The notes beneath the pieces were generated by a model. The model was given only the letters and a program-made list of their open reading frames with translations, was not told the origin of the DNA and searched no databases. The translations under genes and the position numbers were made by a program. A stretch of 64,000 bases of DNA from Spirochaetia bacterium (GTDB taxonomy: Bacteria; Spirochaetota; Leptospiria; Turneriellales; JAOUFE01). Below, in pieces: positions 46,569 to 56,809 of the stretch. The DNA lies in assembly GCA_029857955.1 (NCBI GenBank), contig JAOUFY010000006.1:1390-65389 (forward strand), read 5' to 3'. Within the stretch, counting starts at the first letter, position 1. Every line of letters begins with the position of its first letter.

Positions 46569-49500
46569 ATATCGGAGGCACCCTGAATTTTCCTTTATTA
46601 ACAGCTCTTACTTTATATGAAAAAGATTTCGCCGACTTTTCAATGCCTCCAAAGATAATGATTCCATCATCACGCAAATCAACGTATTGCGGAAATCCGT
46701 ACATATTGACGCGACTGTCCTGGTTATTTGATTCTTCGCCTGAAGGTTCAGCCCCAATTGAATTTTCTTTATTGATTCTCACCGACTTTAGATCCACTTC
46801 AAGACCTCCTGTCAATAAATCAATGATGGCAATATGCGCAAGTTGGTTTTTACTTGTTGATCTGGCGCTGACATAAACCGTGAGAGTTTCTCCAAGTTTT
46901 GCCTTCGTCACTGTGTCGCCAGCTTCATTTCTAAAATCTCTTGAAACCTCGATACCATGATTAATATCTTTTTCTGGAAGTTGTACATCATATCCGCCGT
47001 CAAGAAGCTGATAATAATAAGCGTCAGAGCCTTCATGCTTGATAACAACCTCTGATGCTTTTTCGTTTAAACTCGACGTTAAAAATATTCCGTTAATATT
47101 AAAAAAAGCATCAACAGATTTTCCGTTTATGGTTTCGCTGATTTTAAAAGATTTATCATCAGGCGTTCTGGCCGTCTGGGCATAGGCATTTAAAGCAAGT
47201 AACGTATATGCAGAAGACAATGTATTGAACTGGCCATTAAACACCGGCGCAAGAATTTTATTAATGATATTTGTACTTATTTTATTTGCTTTATACGGAA
47301 AATGTCTATTAAGTAAATACAATAATTGCGAATTGTATGAAAGCGAATCATAGTAGTAATCATAATTGCTGTCCACTTCGACATTAAAATCTGTATTTTC
47401 AATCAGTAAAGATGATTCTTTTTCCTGTTTCATCAGTTCAAATGAAGCCGCCATATAAGCCGACAAAATGTCCTTTTTCCAAAATTTTTTTTGTTTTTGA
47501 ATGAACTCATCAAGCGCCATCAGATAATTTGAAGTTAAAACGCCATTTCGGGTTAAAATATAAATACCATAAGCCTGTAACCTGGCATCTTCGAGACTTT
47601 CAGGCTGTTTCTTTAATATTTCATAAATGTACTTTAAAGCCTGCCCCATCAAATGAGAATCCACTGGATAGCCCGACTCTTTCAGATCAGTTAAAAAATG
47701 AGCCGCATATACAGTATGAAAACTGTCAATATAGGATCCGGCAAACCACGCTCCAAACGCACCGCTTGAATTTTGTCTTTCCTTTAAAACTTTTATAACC
47801 TGCTCAAGCGATTCTTTTGCTTTTTTAGTATCATATCCAAATTCTGGCCTGCTTCTTAATACTAGCGCCGGTATCGATTGACTTATAATTTGTTCGGTAC
47901 AACCATAGGGGTATTTTTCAAGATACGTATTTAAACCATAACCTAATGACAATGGTATGGTAGAAAGCAAAAGTTCAGTTTTTTTATAAAATGGATAAGT
48001 TTTTCTGTCAAGGGCCAATTTTTGATTTGCGTTTTTTACAAAATCGCCTTTAACTTTAGTTATGTAGGGCATAGAAGGTCGAATACTCATTGATTCTGTA
48101 TACCTCGTTTCGGTATTTCCATATTTAACGATAAAAGAAATATCAGCCTGCCCAAATTCCTCAAGAGTTTTAAATGTAAATTTAACGGCACGTTCTGAAT
48201 TTTCAGGAATTTCAGTTTTTTGAGAAGCGACACTTGTTAACTTAAGTTTTTTACTGCTGACAACGTTTGTTTCGATAATTGCATTTTTACCTGAACCAGG
48301 AAAATTATTGGCGACATTTACGCTGATTTCAAATTCATCGCCGGCAGTCGCATACAACGGAACTGCCGGAGTGATGATAAAGTTTCCTTTAACAGAAACA
48401 TTTTCACGGGCAGATCCTATGGATTGATCAGATACGACGACAGCCATCACTCGAAGCGAACCATTAAAATAATCAGGTACCTGATAATAAAGGGCGCCGC
48501 CTTCGTCGCCGGCATCAATGATTCCCGACCAGAAAGCAACGGCCGGTTTTTGCTTTGCCCTGAATGGATTTATATTGGAACCTGACTTTAACAGGTCTTC
48601 TCCGCCTCCCGCTCGCGAAAGTTGTTTTAATATAGAATATTCTGGTAAAATTAAATCAAGAATTTGCGATGTTCTTACCTGGAGAGCTTTTTTACGGAAA
48701 AAGTACTCCAGAGGATCCGGCGTAGAATATCTGGCGACCTGAAGTATTCCTTCGTTAACAGCAAATACCACAATTTTTCCGGGGTGAGATGTTTTATAAC
48801 CAATCTTCAAGGTTTGACCCGGCATGATTTTTTGCGGTACATTTAAAGTAATGCTGTTTCGTCTTGCTTCGCGACTGATGCTAAAGGGAGCTACGGCATA
48901 ACTTAAAGGACTTGAATATATTTCAGGAGATCCTATGTCCCTTAAAAATGTAACATTTATATAAGCATTACCATGAAGATTTGCCGGCGCTACTATACTT
49001 TGTATTGAACTGGAATTGTTTGTTTTAAACCATATATATGAATACACCTTTTCTCTTTCAATTGATATCAGTCCCGATCCGGCATATGGCGATCTGATGG
49101 ATATTTTTATTTCTTCTCCCTGAGAATAATCTTTCTTATTTAAACTGATCTGCAACTCGCTGTTTTTTTCAAGCCTGGAAGAAACCTCGCCCTGACCGAC
49201 AACGGAAAATTCAAAGCTTGAAAGTTCTGTTTTATTTTCATCGCGTATCACGACCCTGTAATCTCCGGGTTTATTCGAAGACAGGTTGTAATAAAAACCG
49301 GAAGGCGAAACTGTAATGGATGTTTCGCTTTTTGATATTTTTTTACGAATGGACTGATAACTGTATGTACCGTCATTTTGCCTGACAAGAGTTGAAATGT
49401 AATTTTGTTCGATCAATTCCAGTTTTAAATTTTTAACTTCGGTTTTTAGCAGGTCTCGGTTTACAGCAATTATATGAACATTTCTTTGAACATTTTGTCT

Positions 49501-52497
49501 TACAAAATTTAAATCGCCGTCTGTTTTATAACCAAGAATAAAATTTAACGGCGATACAACGATACTTCGGTAAGCGGTTACAGCTCTTCCGCCGTCAAGA
49601 GAATGACCCTCTGCTGAAAATTGAAGGGTATATGTCGCCTTGTCAAGATTTTGCAGTTTCAGAGGAATCTCTACCTCGCCCTTGTCGTTGGTAATCACAT
49701 CGGGAAGTCTTTCAGAAAAACTACCGGCGCCCTCAGAAAGCGGATCATGAAAAATATAATCAGGATATGCAGAAAATTTGGAAGGAGACGGACTAAAACG
49801 AACATATGACGATATTTTATGATCTTTTGCCGGTGTACCAAATAAATTCCATAACGAGACATTAGCCGATAAATCGACAGGTGAAATCCAGCCACTTTTT
49901 TTCTCTTGATTATTCTCTTTATTAAATGAAAGTGAAATTTTCATTGTATCCGGCAAAAATTCTTCAATTTTTACCTCGGTTGATCCCAACAGAGCAACGC
50001 TTTCATCATTATTTTTTAAATCTTTCGCTGTATACAATTTAACCTGATACGCGCCGGTAGGAGCTGTAATTCCGGTTGTATAATCAATTTCGTAAAAACC
50101 AGATGCCGGTACATATATCTTCTTTCTGTAAATTTCCATTTCTCGCGGATCGCTAATGACGAGCTCAAGGGGCAGTCCGGCCATGTTGTTATGCCAATTT
50201 ACGGACTTGATGATCACGCCGACATGAAATGTATCTCCTGGCCTGTAAATTCCCCTGTCTGAAAACAAATAAGCGTCCAGATTTTTTTCATTTCCATTTA
50301 GATATTCGCCGCCAACGTCAAAGCGGGAAAATTCAAGACTGCGTTTTTGCATATTTATCGGTAAAAAAGATAAATCATGTCCATTGTTTGCCTTGATCAC
50401 AACGGGTGTTTTCTCCCTTGAAAGACCCTTTAAGCTTTCCATATGAACACGCCCGCTTTCGTCAGTGTAACCCGATTTTACCGGCAAACCATTTTTGCCC
50501 AGAATTTCTACATGAGCATTGGAAACGGGCATTCCCGAATGAATGGATTGTATAAATACATCGAGACTTTCATCTTGAGAAGTTTTTACAATAATACCCA
50601 AATCTGTCACGACAATTAAACGCCTGTCTTTTTCCGGCAGCAAAACATTTTTTTCTGGGTCGTATCCATTTACGGTTAAAATAAAAACGCCATAGGGGAC
50701 ATCTTCTTTATTTAAATATTCTGAAAAATCCAGAGAAGAGTATTGCACTCGTCCAGGGGAAGTTTGCGCAAGTTTAACTATTTTTTCAAACCTGCTGACG
50801 ATGTTATCTTCTGTAAACCCGCCATATTCATTAAAAGACGGCGTTTCAAAATCATTATAAGAATATGCCTGCGTCACAAGATGAGAAATATCTGTCGGCT
50901 TGATTTTTCCAATTGAGTATTTCAGAGAAATCATATCACGCGAAAGAACCGTTAATTTTTTATCGCCGCTTAAACTTAAAATGGAGCCTGATCGTGCAAT
51001 TTTTACTTCTTTTGGAAAATCTGGAATCTGAATGATCTGGCGATAGGTTTTAACAAGATGTGAACCTCCGATCGCCTCGGCGCCTTTTTCAACTTGAACA
51101 AAAATATTTCGTTGAACGGGTAGATTTAAACGATAACTGTGAAGCTGGGCATATTCTTCGTTTGTTCCAATTGGTTCAAGATTAATAATTTCTGACTTTT
51201 GCAATACATAGGGCGTAATTTCATCGGGATTAAACCAGGCATAATTTTTATCGCTGGGAACGCCTTCTGCAACAGGACGATCAACTGGCAATAAATACAC
51301 TTTTAATTTTTTTTCCAGTTCGCGGCTTTCAATGCCTGCGGTAGTTTCAATCACAAGAGCCTGTTCACTTTCGGAATGTTCATTTGAAACCAATGCAATT
51401 TTAATTTGTTCAATATGAAAAAAGGTTTCAATATCCGGTACATTTACAGATGCTGATAAATCAGACGGTAAACCAGGACCGCCTCTTAAAGAATGTGTTG
51501 AAGAACCAATCTCAATAACTACAACCTGGGGTTGAATTTTAATTTCTACCGGCTCCGTATGAATATAAGCTTCTGTTTTTGTTTTATTGTATGATATTTC
51601 TTTGTTTAATTTATCGCCGCCAAGTATTGACCCCTTTGCAGAAATTGAGATGGACACATTTTTTAAAAAATTTTCCGAATCTACGGAATGGCTGAATTTA
51701 ACCGTGGCAACGACTTTATTTATTTTTGGATTTATCGGATCCTGATAAAGCTTGTGAGATGTGATACTTGCTTTAAATGGCGCAGAACTAAAACCAAGCG
51801 AGTACGACCTCAATGAAACATGTTTTGCAAAAAAACTGGCTTTAAATTTCACTTTATAGTCGGTACCGACAGCCCAGTCTTCCAGAGGAGTAAAGACAAG
51901 CTCACTGTCGTTTTGCCATCTCCAGTTTCCCATTATTTCAGGATGAATTTTTACACCCTGAGTTAAATTTTTATTTAACTGATCAAGAGGGGCAACTGGT
52001 TTTTCAAAATGTATTCTTAACGGATCCGGCAAAGCTCCGGCTTCAACATTGGTTGGCCCAATAGGATCGGCCTTAAAAGAAATACCGCTTGACAGCACTA
52101 TAATTTCAACTATGCTAAAAAAAAGAAACGCTGCAATAACTACATTACGGCCAATTTTATACTTTTTTTGATTTTCATTTTTCCAGTTTTGATAAAGTTC
52201 GAAATATTTTTTAATTCTCAACTGAAACGGCTTTAAATGCTGAATGAACCAGGGGATTGTACTGTATTTATATGCAAAATAAATAAAATAATGAATCACC
52301 ATTTTCGATATAGTTTTCGTAATTAAAAAATATCGTTTAAATGGACTTAATTTTTTTTTTGAAATTACCGTCGTTTTACTTATCTTTTCTGGAGATGTTT
52401 CAATAAAATAAATAATCTGATCTTTTAAAGTATTAAAAAACTGAATAATTTTATTTTTAAAGGTTTTTCGTGTTTCTTTTTTTTTCTTTTTTACCAT
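46498..52497 (-). CDS. Bacterial alpha-2-macroglobulin family protein (YfhM/ECAM-type, thioester-containing)
   Basis: It is 1999 aa and carries the thioester motif YPYGCTEQIIS (C-x-E-Q). It lies immediately upstream of, and overlaps, pbpC. The N-terminus is Lys-rich (MVKKKKKETRK...) with a TM helix VVIAAFLFFSIVEIIVLSS rather than a lipobox. Confidence 0.88.
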   Translation of the reverse strand: MVKKKKKETRKTFKNKIIQFFNTLKDQIIYFIETSPEKISKTTVISKKKLSPFKRYFLITKTISKMVIHYFIYFAYKYSTIPWFIQHLKPFQLRIKKYFELYQNWKNENQKKYKIGRNVVIAAFLFFSIVEIIVLSSGISFKADPIGPTNVEAGALPDPLRIHFEKPVAPLDQLNKNLTQGVKIHPEIMGNWRWQNDSELVFTPLEDWAVGTDYKVKFKASFFAKHVSLRSYSLGFSSAPFKASITSHKLYQDPINPKINKVVATVKFSHSVDSENFLKNVSISISAKGSILGGDKLNKEISYNKTKTEAYIHTEPVEIKIQPQVVVIEIGSSTHSLRGGPGLPSDLSASVNVPDIETFFHIEQIKIALVSNEHSESEQALVIETTAGIESRELEKKLKVYLLPVDRPVAEGVPSDKNYAWFNPDEITPYVLQKSEIINLEPIGTNEEYAQLHSYRLNLPVQRNIFVQVEKGAEAIGGSHLVKTYRQIIQIPDFPKEVKIARSGSILSLSGDKKLTVLSRDMISLKYSIGKIKPTDISHLVTQAYSYNDFETPSFNEYGGFTEDNIVSRFEKIVKLAQTSPGRVQYSSLDFSEYLNKEDVPYGVFILTVNGYDPEKNVLLPEKDRRLIVVTDLGIIVKTSQDESLDVFIQSIHSGMPVSNAHVEILGKNGLPVKSGYTDESGRVHMESLKGLSREKTPVVIKANNGHDLSFLPINMQKRSLEFSRFDVGGEYLNGNEKNLDAYLFSDRGIYRPGDTFHVGVIIKSVNWHNNMAGLPLELVISDPREMEIYRKKIYVPASGFYEIDYTTGITAPTGAYQVKLYTAKDLKNNDESVALLGSTEVKIEEFLPDTMKISLSFNKENNQEKKSGWISPVDLSANVSLWNLFGTPAKDHKISSYVRFSPSPSKFSAYPDYIFHDPLSEGAGSFSERLPDVITNDKGEVEIPLKLQNLDKATYTLQFSAEGHSLDGGRAVTAYRSIVVSPLNFILGYKTDGDLNFVRQNVQRNVHIIAVNRDLLKTEVKNLKLELIEQNYISTLVRQNDGTYSYQSIRKKISKSETSITVSPSGFYYNLSSNKPGDYRVVIRDENKTELSSFEFSVVGQGEVSSRLEKNSELQISLNKKDYSQGEEIKISIRSPYAGSGLISIEREKVYSYIWFKTNNSSSIQSIVAPANLHGNAYINVTFLRDIGSPEIYSSPLSYAVAPFSISREARRNSITLNVPQKIMPGQTLKIGYKTSHPGKIVVFAVNEGILQVARYSTPDPLEYFFRKKALQVRTSQILDLILPEYSILKQLSRAGGGEDLLKSGSNINPFRAKQKPAVAFWSGIIDAGDEGGALYYQVPDYFNGSLRVMAVVVSDQSIGSARENVSVKGNFIITPAVPLYATAGDEFEISVNVANNFPGSGKNAIIETNVVSSKKLKLTSVASQKTEIPENSERAVKFTFKTLEEFGQADISFIVKYGNTETRYTESMSIRPSMPYITKVKGDFVKNANQKLALDRKTYPFYKKTELLLSTIPLSLGYGLNTYLEKYPYGCTEQIISQSIPALVLRSRPEFGYDTKKAKESLEQVIKVLKERQNSSGAFGAWFAGSYIDSFHTVYAAHFLTDLKESGYPVDSHLMGQALKYIYEILKKQPESLEDARLQAYGIYILTRNGVLTSNYLMALDEFIQKQKKFWKKDILSAYMAASFELMKQEKESSLLIENTDFNVEVDSNYDYYYDSLSYNSQLLYLLNRHFPYKANKISTNIINKILAPVFNGQFNTLSSAYTLLALNAYAQTARTPDDKSFKISETINGKSVDAFFNINGIFLTSSLNEKASEVVIKHEGSDAYYYQLLDGGYDVQLPEKDINHGIEVSRDFRNEAGDTVTKAKLGETLTVYVSARSTSKNQLAHIAIIDLLTGGLEVDLKSVRINKENSIGAEPSGEESNNQDSRVNMYGFPQYVDLRDDGIIIFGGIEKSAKSFSYKVRAVNKGKFRVPPIYAESMYNRSINAISKSRFFEITQ

Positions 52498-52982
52498 CTT
52501 ACAAGCCTTAAATTTCCATTAACAAATGACAAATCGATGCCGTCAAGTCGAGTTTTATCGTGAGATCTGCACCAACAGACAGGCAGGCATGAATTCAGAG
52601 TTTAGAACTGATCTCCCTGGACTTTATAAAAAGTAATCTGCCCCGCAATCTTTACACCGTGACAAAATTACCCGACGGACGCAACGTAGATAAATCATTT
52701 GCGTTTGAAACGACCTGAAATTATTTGCATTTATCTTTTTTATAAGTATTATACTATTAACTAAATTAGAATACTTATAAATACATATATTTTATTATAA
52801 TGGAGAACTTTCTATGAATATATTTTACAATAACAAATCAAAAATTTCAGGCAAATCGGCGGGCATAGCCCATTTTGCAGATTTTTGGGAAATCCAAAGG
52901 GTAAAAAGTGCGGCCATTTAACCAGTCTTTTCGAAAACTATTGTAACGTTTGTTTGCCTTTAAAAAATCTGATTTTTAAAAC

Positions 52983-53723
52983 ATGCGAAACCTTGTCGAA
53001 AAATACAACAAGATAACGATTGTTTCAGCGATCACGTTGATCGCCATCATTGGCACGCACATAATCTTACGCTTGTATTACTCCATTACAAATACTGAAA
53101 TGAGACAATCCGAAGTGATCGCGGGCGTCATTACTCCTTTAATCGTTGCATCCACCATGGTTACCTATTTAATCGATATTTTTAAAAAATTAAATGACCT
53201 GGAAAAACGAATCCGCAAAATTGCAAATTTTGATCAAACTACATCTCTGGGATCTCGCCTGGCATTATTGGAGTCGTCTGAAAATTTATTTAACCTTGCA
53301 AAACGCTGCAACCGAAATCTTGGAATATTAATGCTGGACATCGATCATTTTAAGTACATCAACGATAAATATGGCCATCTCAAAGGCGATGCAATATTAC
53401 ATTCCATGGGAAACATCATCAATTCAACAAAACGTGAAACAGATCTTGCCGGAAGATACGGCGGAGATGAAATGATCATTTTTCTTCCTGAGGCAGATCT
53501 TAACGGGTGTCAAAGTTTTGCAGAAAAATTAATAGAAAAAGCAAGAGCATTTCAAATGGAAACTTCAAACGGAGTTATAAAGTTTACCATCAGCATTGGA
53601 ATATCCGTTTTAAGTGAATCATTTTCTTTTTGTCATCTCGGCGAACTTATTGAAAGCGCAGATACAGCGCTTTATAAAGCAAAAAATCTTGGCCGCGATC
53701 AATATTCTATATATAAAGCATAA
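52983..53723 (+). CDS. Membrane-anchored diguanylate cyclase-type protein with a variant GGDEM motif
   Basis: Two N-terminal TM helices, then DIDHFKYINDKYGH and RETDLAGRYGGDEMIIFLPE. The active-site motif is GGDEM instead of GGDEF, and an RxxD I-site lies 5 residues upstream. Confidence 0.8.
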   Translation: MRNLVEKYNKITIVSAITLIAIIGTHIILRLYYSITNTEMRQSEVIAGVITPLIVASTMVTYLIDIFKKLNDLEKRIRKIANFDQTTSLGSRLALLESSENLFNLAKRCNRNLGILMLDIDHFKYINDKYGHLKGDAILHSMGNIINSTKRETDLAGRYGGDEMIIFLPEADLNGCQSFAEKLIEKARAFQMETSNGVIKFTISIGISVLSESFSFCHLGELIESADTALYKAKNLGRDQYSIYKA

Positions 53724-53816
53724 TTATATTAATAAAATTTTACGTTAGTATAATTTTTTAAAAAAGGGGAACTTTGAAAATTTACCGGCGCGGTCATCAC
53801 TGGTTCCCCTGGCCTC

Positions 53817-53845
53817 GAACAAAACGGGCAAAGCCCGTTACGTTC
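53817..53845 (-). terminator. Probable intrinsic terminator of the DHH gene
   Basis: Core stem AACGGGC (53823..53829) / GCCCGTT (53833..53839), extended by GAAC/GTTC. On the minus strand the stem is followed by TTGTTCG, so it is only moderately U-rich. Confidence 0.4.
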
Positions 53846-53883
53846 TCTGGCCACCCCTTCAGGAATTATGATTTGCGATTCAA

Positions 53884-54810
53884 TCAGCCGTCTGCATTGA
53901 TTTTTTCAATAAGTTCTTTTAAAACAGCTTCGGCTTTATCACTATCAATCTGGCATGTACCTGCTGCCTGATGTCCGCCGCCGCCGTATTGCAGCATGAG
54001 TTCGCCGATGGATGTTTTTGATGTCTTGTTAAAAATTGATTTTCCTGCGGCTAAAACTACATTTTTTTTATCTTTGCCCCAGAGCACGTGAATTGAAATG
54101 TTGGCATCGGGAAAAAGGGCATAAATGACAAATCGGTTACCGGGAAAGACCGTCTCTTCTTTTCTCAGATCTAAAACCACCAGATTTTTATACACCTTTG
54201 AGCATCTTTCCAGTTGAGCTTTAAACAGAGGAATGTAAGATTCAAACAAGTCAACACGTTCTTTAACATCGGGCAATTGTAAAATTTCGTCAATGGAATG
54301 ATTTTTACAATAGTCGATGAGATCCATCATCAGGTTATAATTTGAAACGCGAAAATCTTTAAATCTTCCAAGTCCTGTACGGGCATCCATTAAAAAACTT
54401 AACAATACCCAGCCGGCTGGCTCGAGAATTTCTTCTTTGCTAAAATTTGCAGAGTCTGACTTATCTACGGCATCCATCATGGCTTGAAATGATTCCGGAA
54501 AATTTGCCCCTGATGTATAATAATTAAAAACAACGCGGGCAGCAGACGGTGCGCTTGCCTCGATAATATGGTTTTCTTTTTTGCCGACGCGAATGGTTTC
54601 GCTTAAATGATGATCAAAAGCAAGATACACGCCTTCTACAAAAGGAAGATTCGTTGTGATATCGTTTGGCCCAATTTGAATTTTTCCATCTTGCATGTCT
54701 TTAGGGTGAACAAATTCTATAGTATCGATGATACCCATGTGTTTTAACAAGACAGCGCAAACAAGCCCATCCATATCGCTTCTGGTCACCAATCTATATT
54801 TTTTACTCAT
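53884..54810 (-). CDS. DHH/DHHA1-family phosphoesterase
   Basis: RSDMDGLVCAVLL (DxD), LAFDHH (DHH) and the C-terminal GGGGHQAAGT (DHHA1 GGGH motif). Confidence 0.75.
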   Translation of the reverse strand: MSKKYRLVTRSDMDGLVCAVLLKHMGIIDTIEFVHPKDMQDGKIQIGPNDITTNLPFVEGVYLAFDHHLSETIRVGKKENHIIEASAPSAARVVFNYYTSGANFPESFQAMMDAVDKSDSANFSKEEILEPAGWVLLSFLMDARTGLGRFKDFRVSNYNLMMDLIDYCKNHSIDEILQLPDVKERVDLFESYIPLFKAQLERCSKVYKNLVVLDLRKEETVFPGNRFVIYALFPDANISIHVLWGKDKKNVVLAAGKSIFNKTSKTSIGELMLQYGGGGHQAAGTCQIDSDKAEAVLKELIEKINADG

Positions 54811-55046
54811 GATTACATCCTTAATGTTTATTTTAAAGATATCCTTCCGAGTTCTTTCAGCATGTCCATTGAAAAATAATATCTGTAGTTAAATATAAAC
54901 GCGATAAACAGGCTTGTAAATTAGCGCGTTAAAATGAAAAAATCATAAAACTCGTTACGAGCCCGATTTTTTATTATAATCGATCTGTTAAAAGATAATA
55001 ATTATTTCGTCTTAATGGCTAAAACGACATATATTAGAAAAACCTA

Positions 55047-55583
55047 ATGAATAAATTATTTTTAAATTTGAAAAGTTTCATAACTCGTAATAAACGCGAT
55101 GTAATTTGGTGGTCTCTTTTAATTCTTGCGATCCCCATAATTCAACATTGGCAGACACGTAATTTACTGTCTACGAAACAAACTGCGCCTGATTTTACTT
55201 TATATGACATAGACGGTAATAAACATTCTCTGACTGATTATCGCGGCAAACCCGTTTTAATTTATTTTTTTGCGCCATGGTGCACAGTTTGTAAAGCGAC
55301 ATCTTCAAATTTGACATATTTAAGAAAAATTCGAGGTTTTGATAAACTGGCAATATTGAGCGTTGGCATGTCATATAATGATCAAAATGAAATAATCAGC
55401 TTTGCCAAAGACCATGGCCTAAGTAATGATCAAGTACCCGTTTTGCTAGATGATAATATTTCTGGCGAAAACTATAAAGTTAATTCGTTTCCAACTTTTT
55501 ACTTTATTGATGCAAAAGGGCAAATCAACTCAAATTTAACAGGTTATACAACCACCGCAGGACTTTTTTTACGTAGTTTTTAA
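55047..55583 (+). CDS. TlpA-like membrane-anchored thiol:disulfide oxidoreductase (thioredoxin fold)
   Basis: An N-terminal TM anchor, APDFTLYDIDGNKHSLTDYRGKPVLIYFFAPWCTVCK (W-C-x-x-C), and FPTFYFID. Confidence 0.8.
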   Translation: MNKLFLNLKSFITRNKRDVIWWSLLILAIPIIQHWQTRNLLSTKQTAPDFTLYDIDGNKHSLTDYRGKPVLIYFFAPWCTVCKATSSNLTYLRKIRGFDKLAILSVGMSYNDQNEIISFAKDHGLSNDQVPVLLDDNISGENYKVNSFPTFYFIDAKGQINSNLTGYTTTAGLFLRSF

Positions 55584-55703
55584 TACATCTTTCAACTAAC
55601 GTTATATTTTAATAATGTTAATTCATCAGATAATTTTGCAATGTTATTGTCAAGTGATCATTGACAGAAAAAATGGCAACATAAATGCTTAAGGTGAAAA
55701 CTA

Positions 55704-56759
55704 ATGACAACAAATTCAATGAATTTAACAAAAACAATTACAATTTCTGATCCTATCGCAACATCAAAAAAATTAAATCTCGTTGATAAATTGATAATGA
55801 AATTTATCAATGAAGAACGAGACCTTCCCATTGGTCATTTAATCTTAAAAATATCCTTGACAATGATTCCACTTGCATTCTTGATATTTATGATAAGATC
55901 GTTTAATATTTACCTTGCCGTGGTATATGCTGTTTTTTTTGCAAGGTTTTTTGGCCCATATCACTTAATGCTCCACAATATCAGTCATCGAAAATTATTT
56001 AAAAATAAATTTTCTTTGTTTAATTATTATCCGACGTGGTTTATGGGAATTTTTTTTGGACAAAGTCCCGAAACTTATTATGCCCATCATATTCAAATGC
56101 ACCATTTTGAAAATAACCTCTTATCAGATAAAAGCAGTACTCTTAAATATAGAAGAGACAGTTTTTCAGATTGCATGATTTATTTTTTTCGTTTTATTAC
56201 CATTGGTTTATGGGAAACAATGCTGTATTTTATACAAACCAAAAAATACAAAGCAGCGTTTAAAGTATTTGCAGGCGAATATTCCTACTGGTTGTTTATG
56301 GCGGCAGTATCATATTATTATTTGCCAGCCGGTATTTTTTTATTTGTTACCCCATATATAATTTCACGTGCAGTAATGATTATTGGTAACTGGACTCAAC
56401 ATGCTTTTGTCGATGTAAATGATCCTAACAACTGCTATCGAAACAGCATTTCATGCATAAACGGAAAATATAACCATCTGTGTTTTAATGACGGTTATCA
56501 TATCAGTCACCACTTAAAGGCCAGCAGACACTGGAGCGATCATCCGCATGAAATTATTGAAAACAAGGCAAACTACATAAAAGAAAATGCCATTGTGTTT
56601 GAAAAAATTGATTTTCTGGGTGTATGGTTTTTATTAATGTTAAAACAACATAAAAAACTTGCAAAGTATTTTGTAAATTTAAATGAAAAAAAGCCAAAAA
56701 CTGAAAATCAAATACTTGCTTTATTTGAAGAAAGACTTATACCAATTTCTCAAAAATAA
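55704..56759 (+). CDS. Membrane fatty-acid desaturase family protein
   Basis: Three His boxes are present in order, HNISH, HHIQMHH and YHISHH, with TM segments between them. Confidence 0.7.
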   Translation: MTTNSMNLTKTITISDPIATSKKLNLVDKLIMKFINEERDLPIGHLILKISLTMIPLAFLIFMIRSFNIYLAVVYAVFFARFFGPYHLMLHNISHRKLFKNKFSLFNYYPTWFMGIFFGQSPETYYAHHIQMHHFENNLLSDKSSTLKYRRDSFSDCMIYFFRFITIGLWETMLYFIQTKKYKAAFKVFAGEYSYWLFMAAVSYYYLPAGIFLFVTPYIISRAVMIIGNWTQHAFVDVNDPNNCYRNSISCINGKYNHLCFNDGYHISHHLKASRHWSDHPHEIIENKANYIKENAIVFEKIDFLGVWFLLMLKQHKKLAKYFVNLNEKKPKTENQILALFEERLIPISQK

Positions 56760-56809
56760 AAATGATCTTAAGCTTGTAATGTTTGGTTAAATTTAGTGAA
56801 TAGCCTAAA

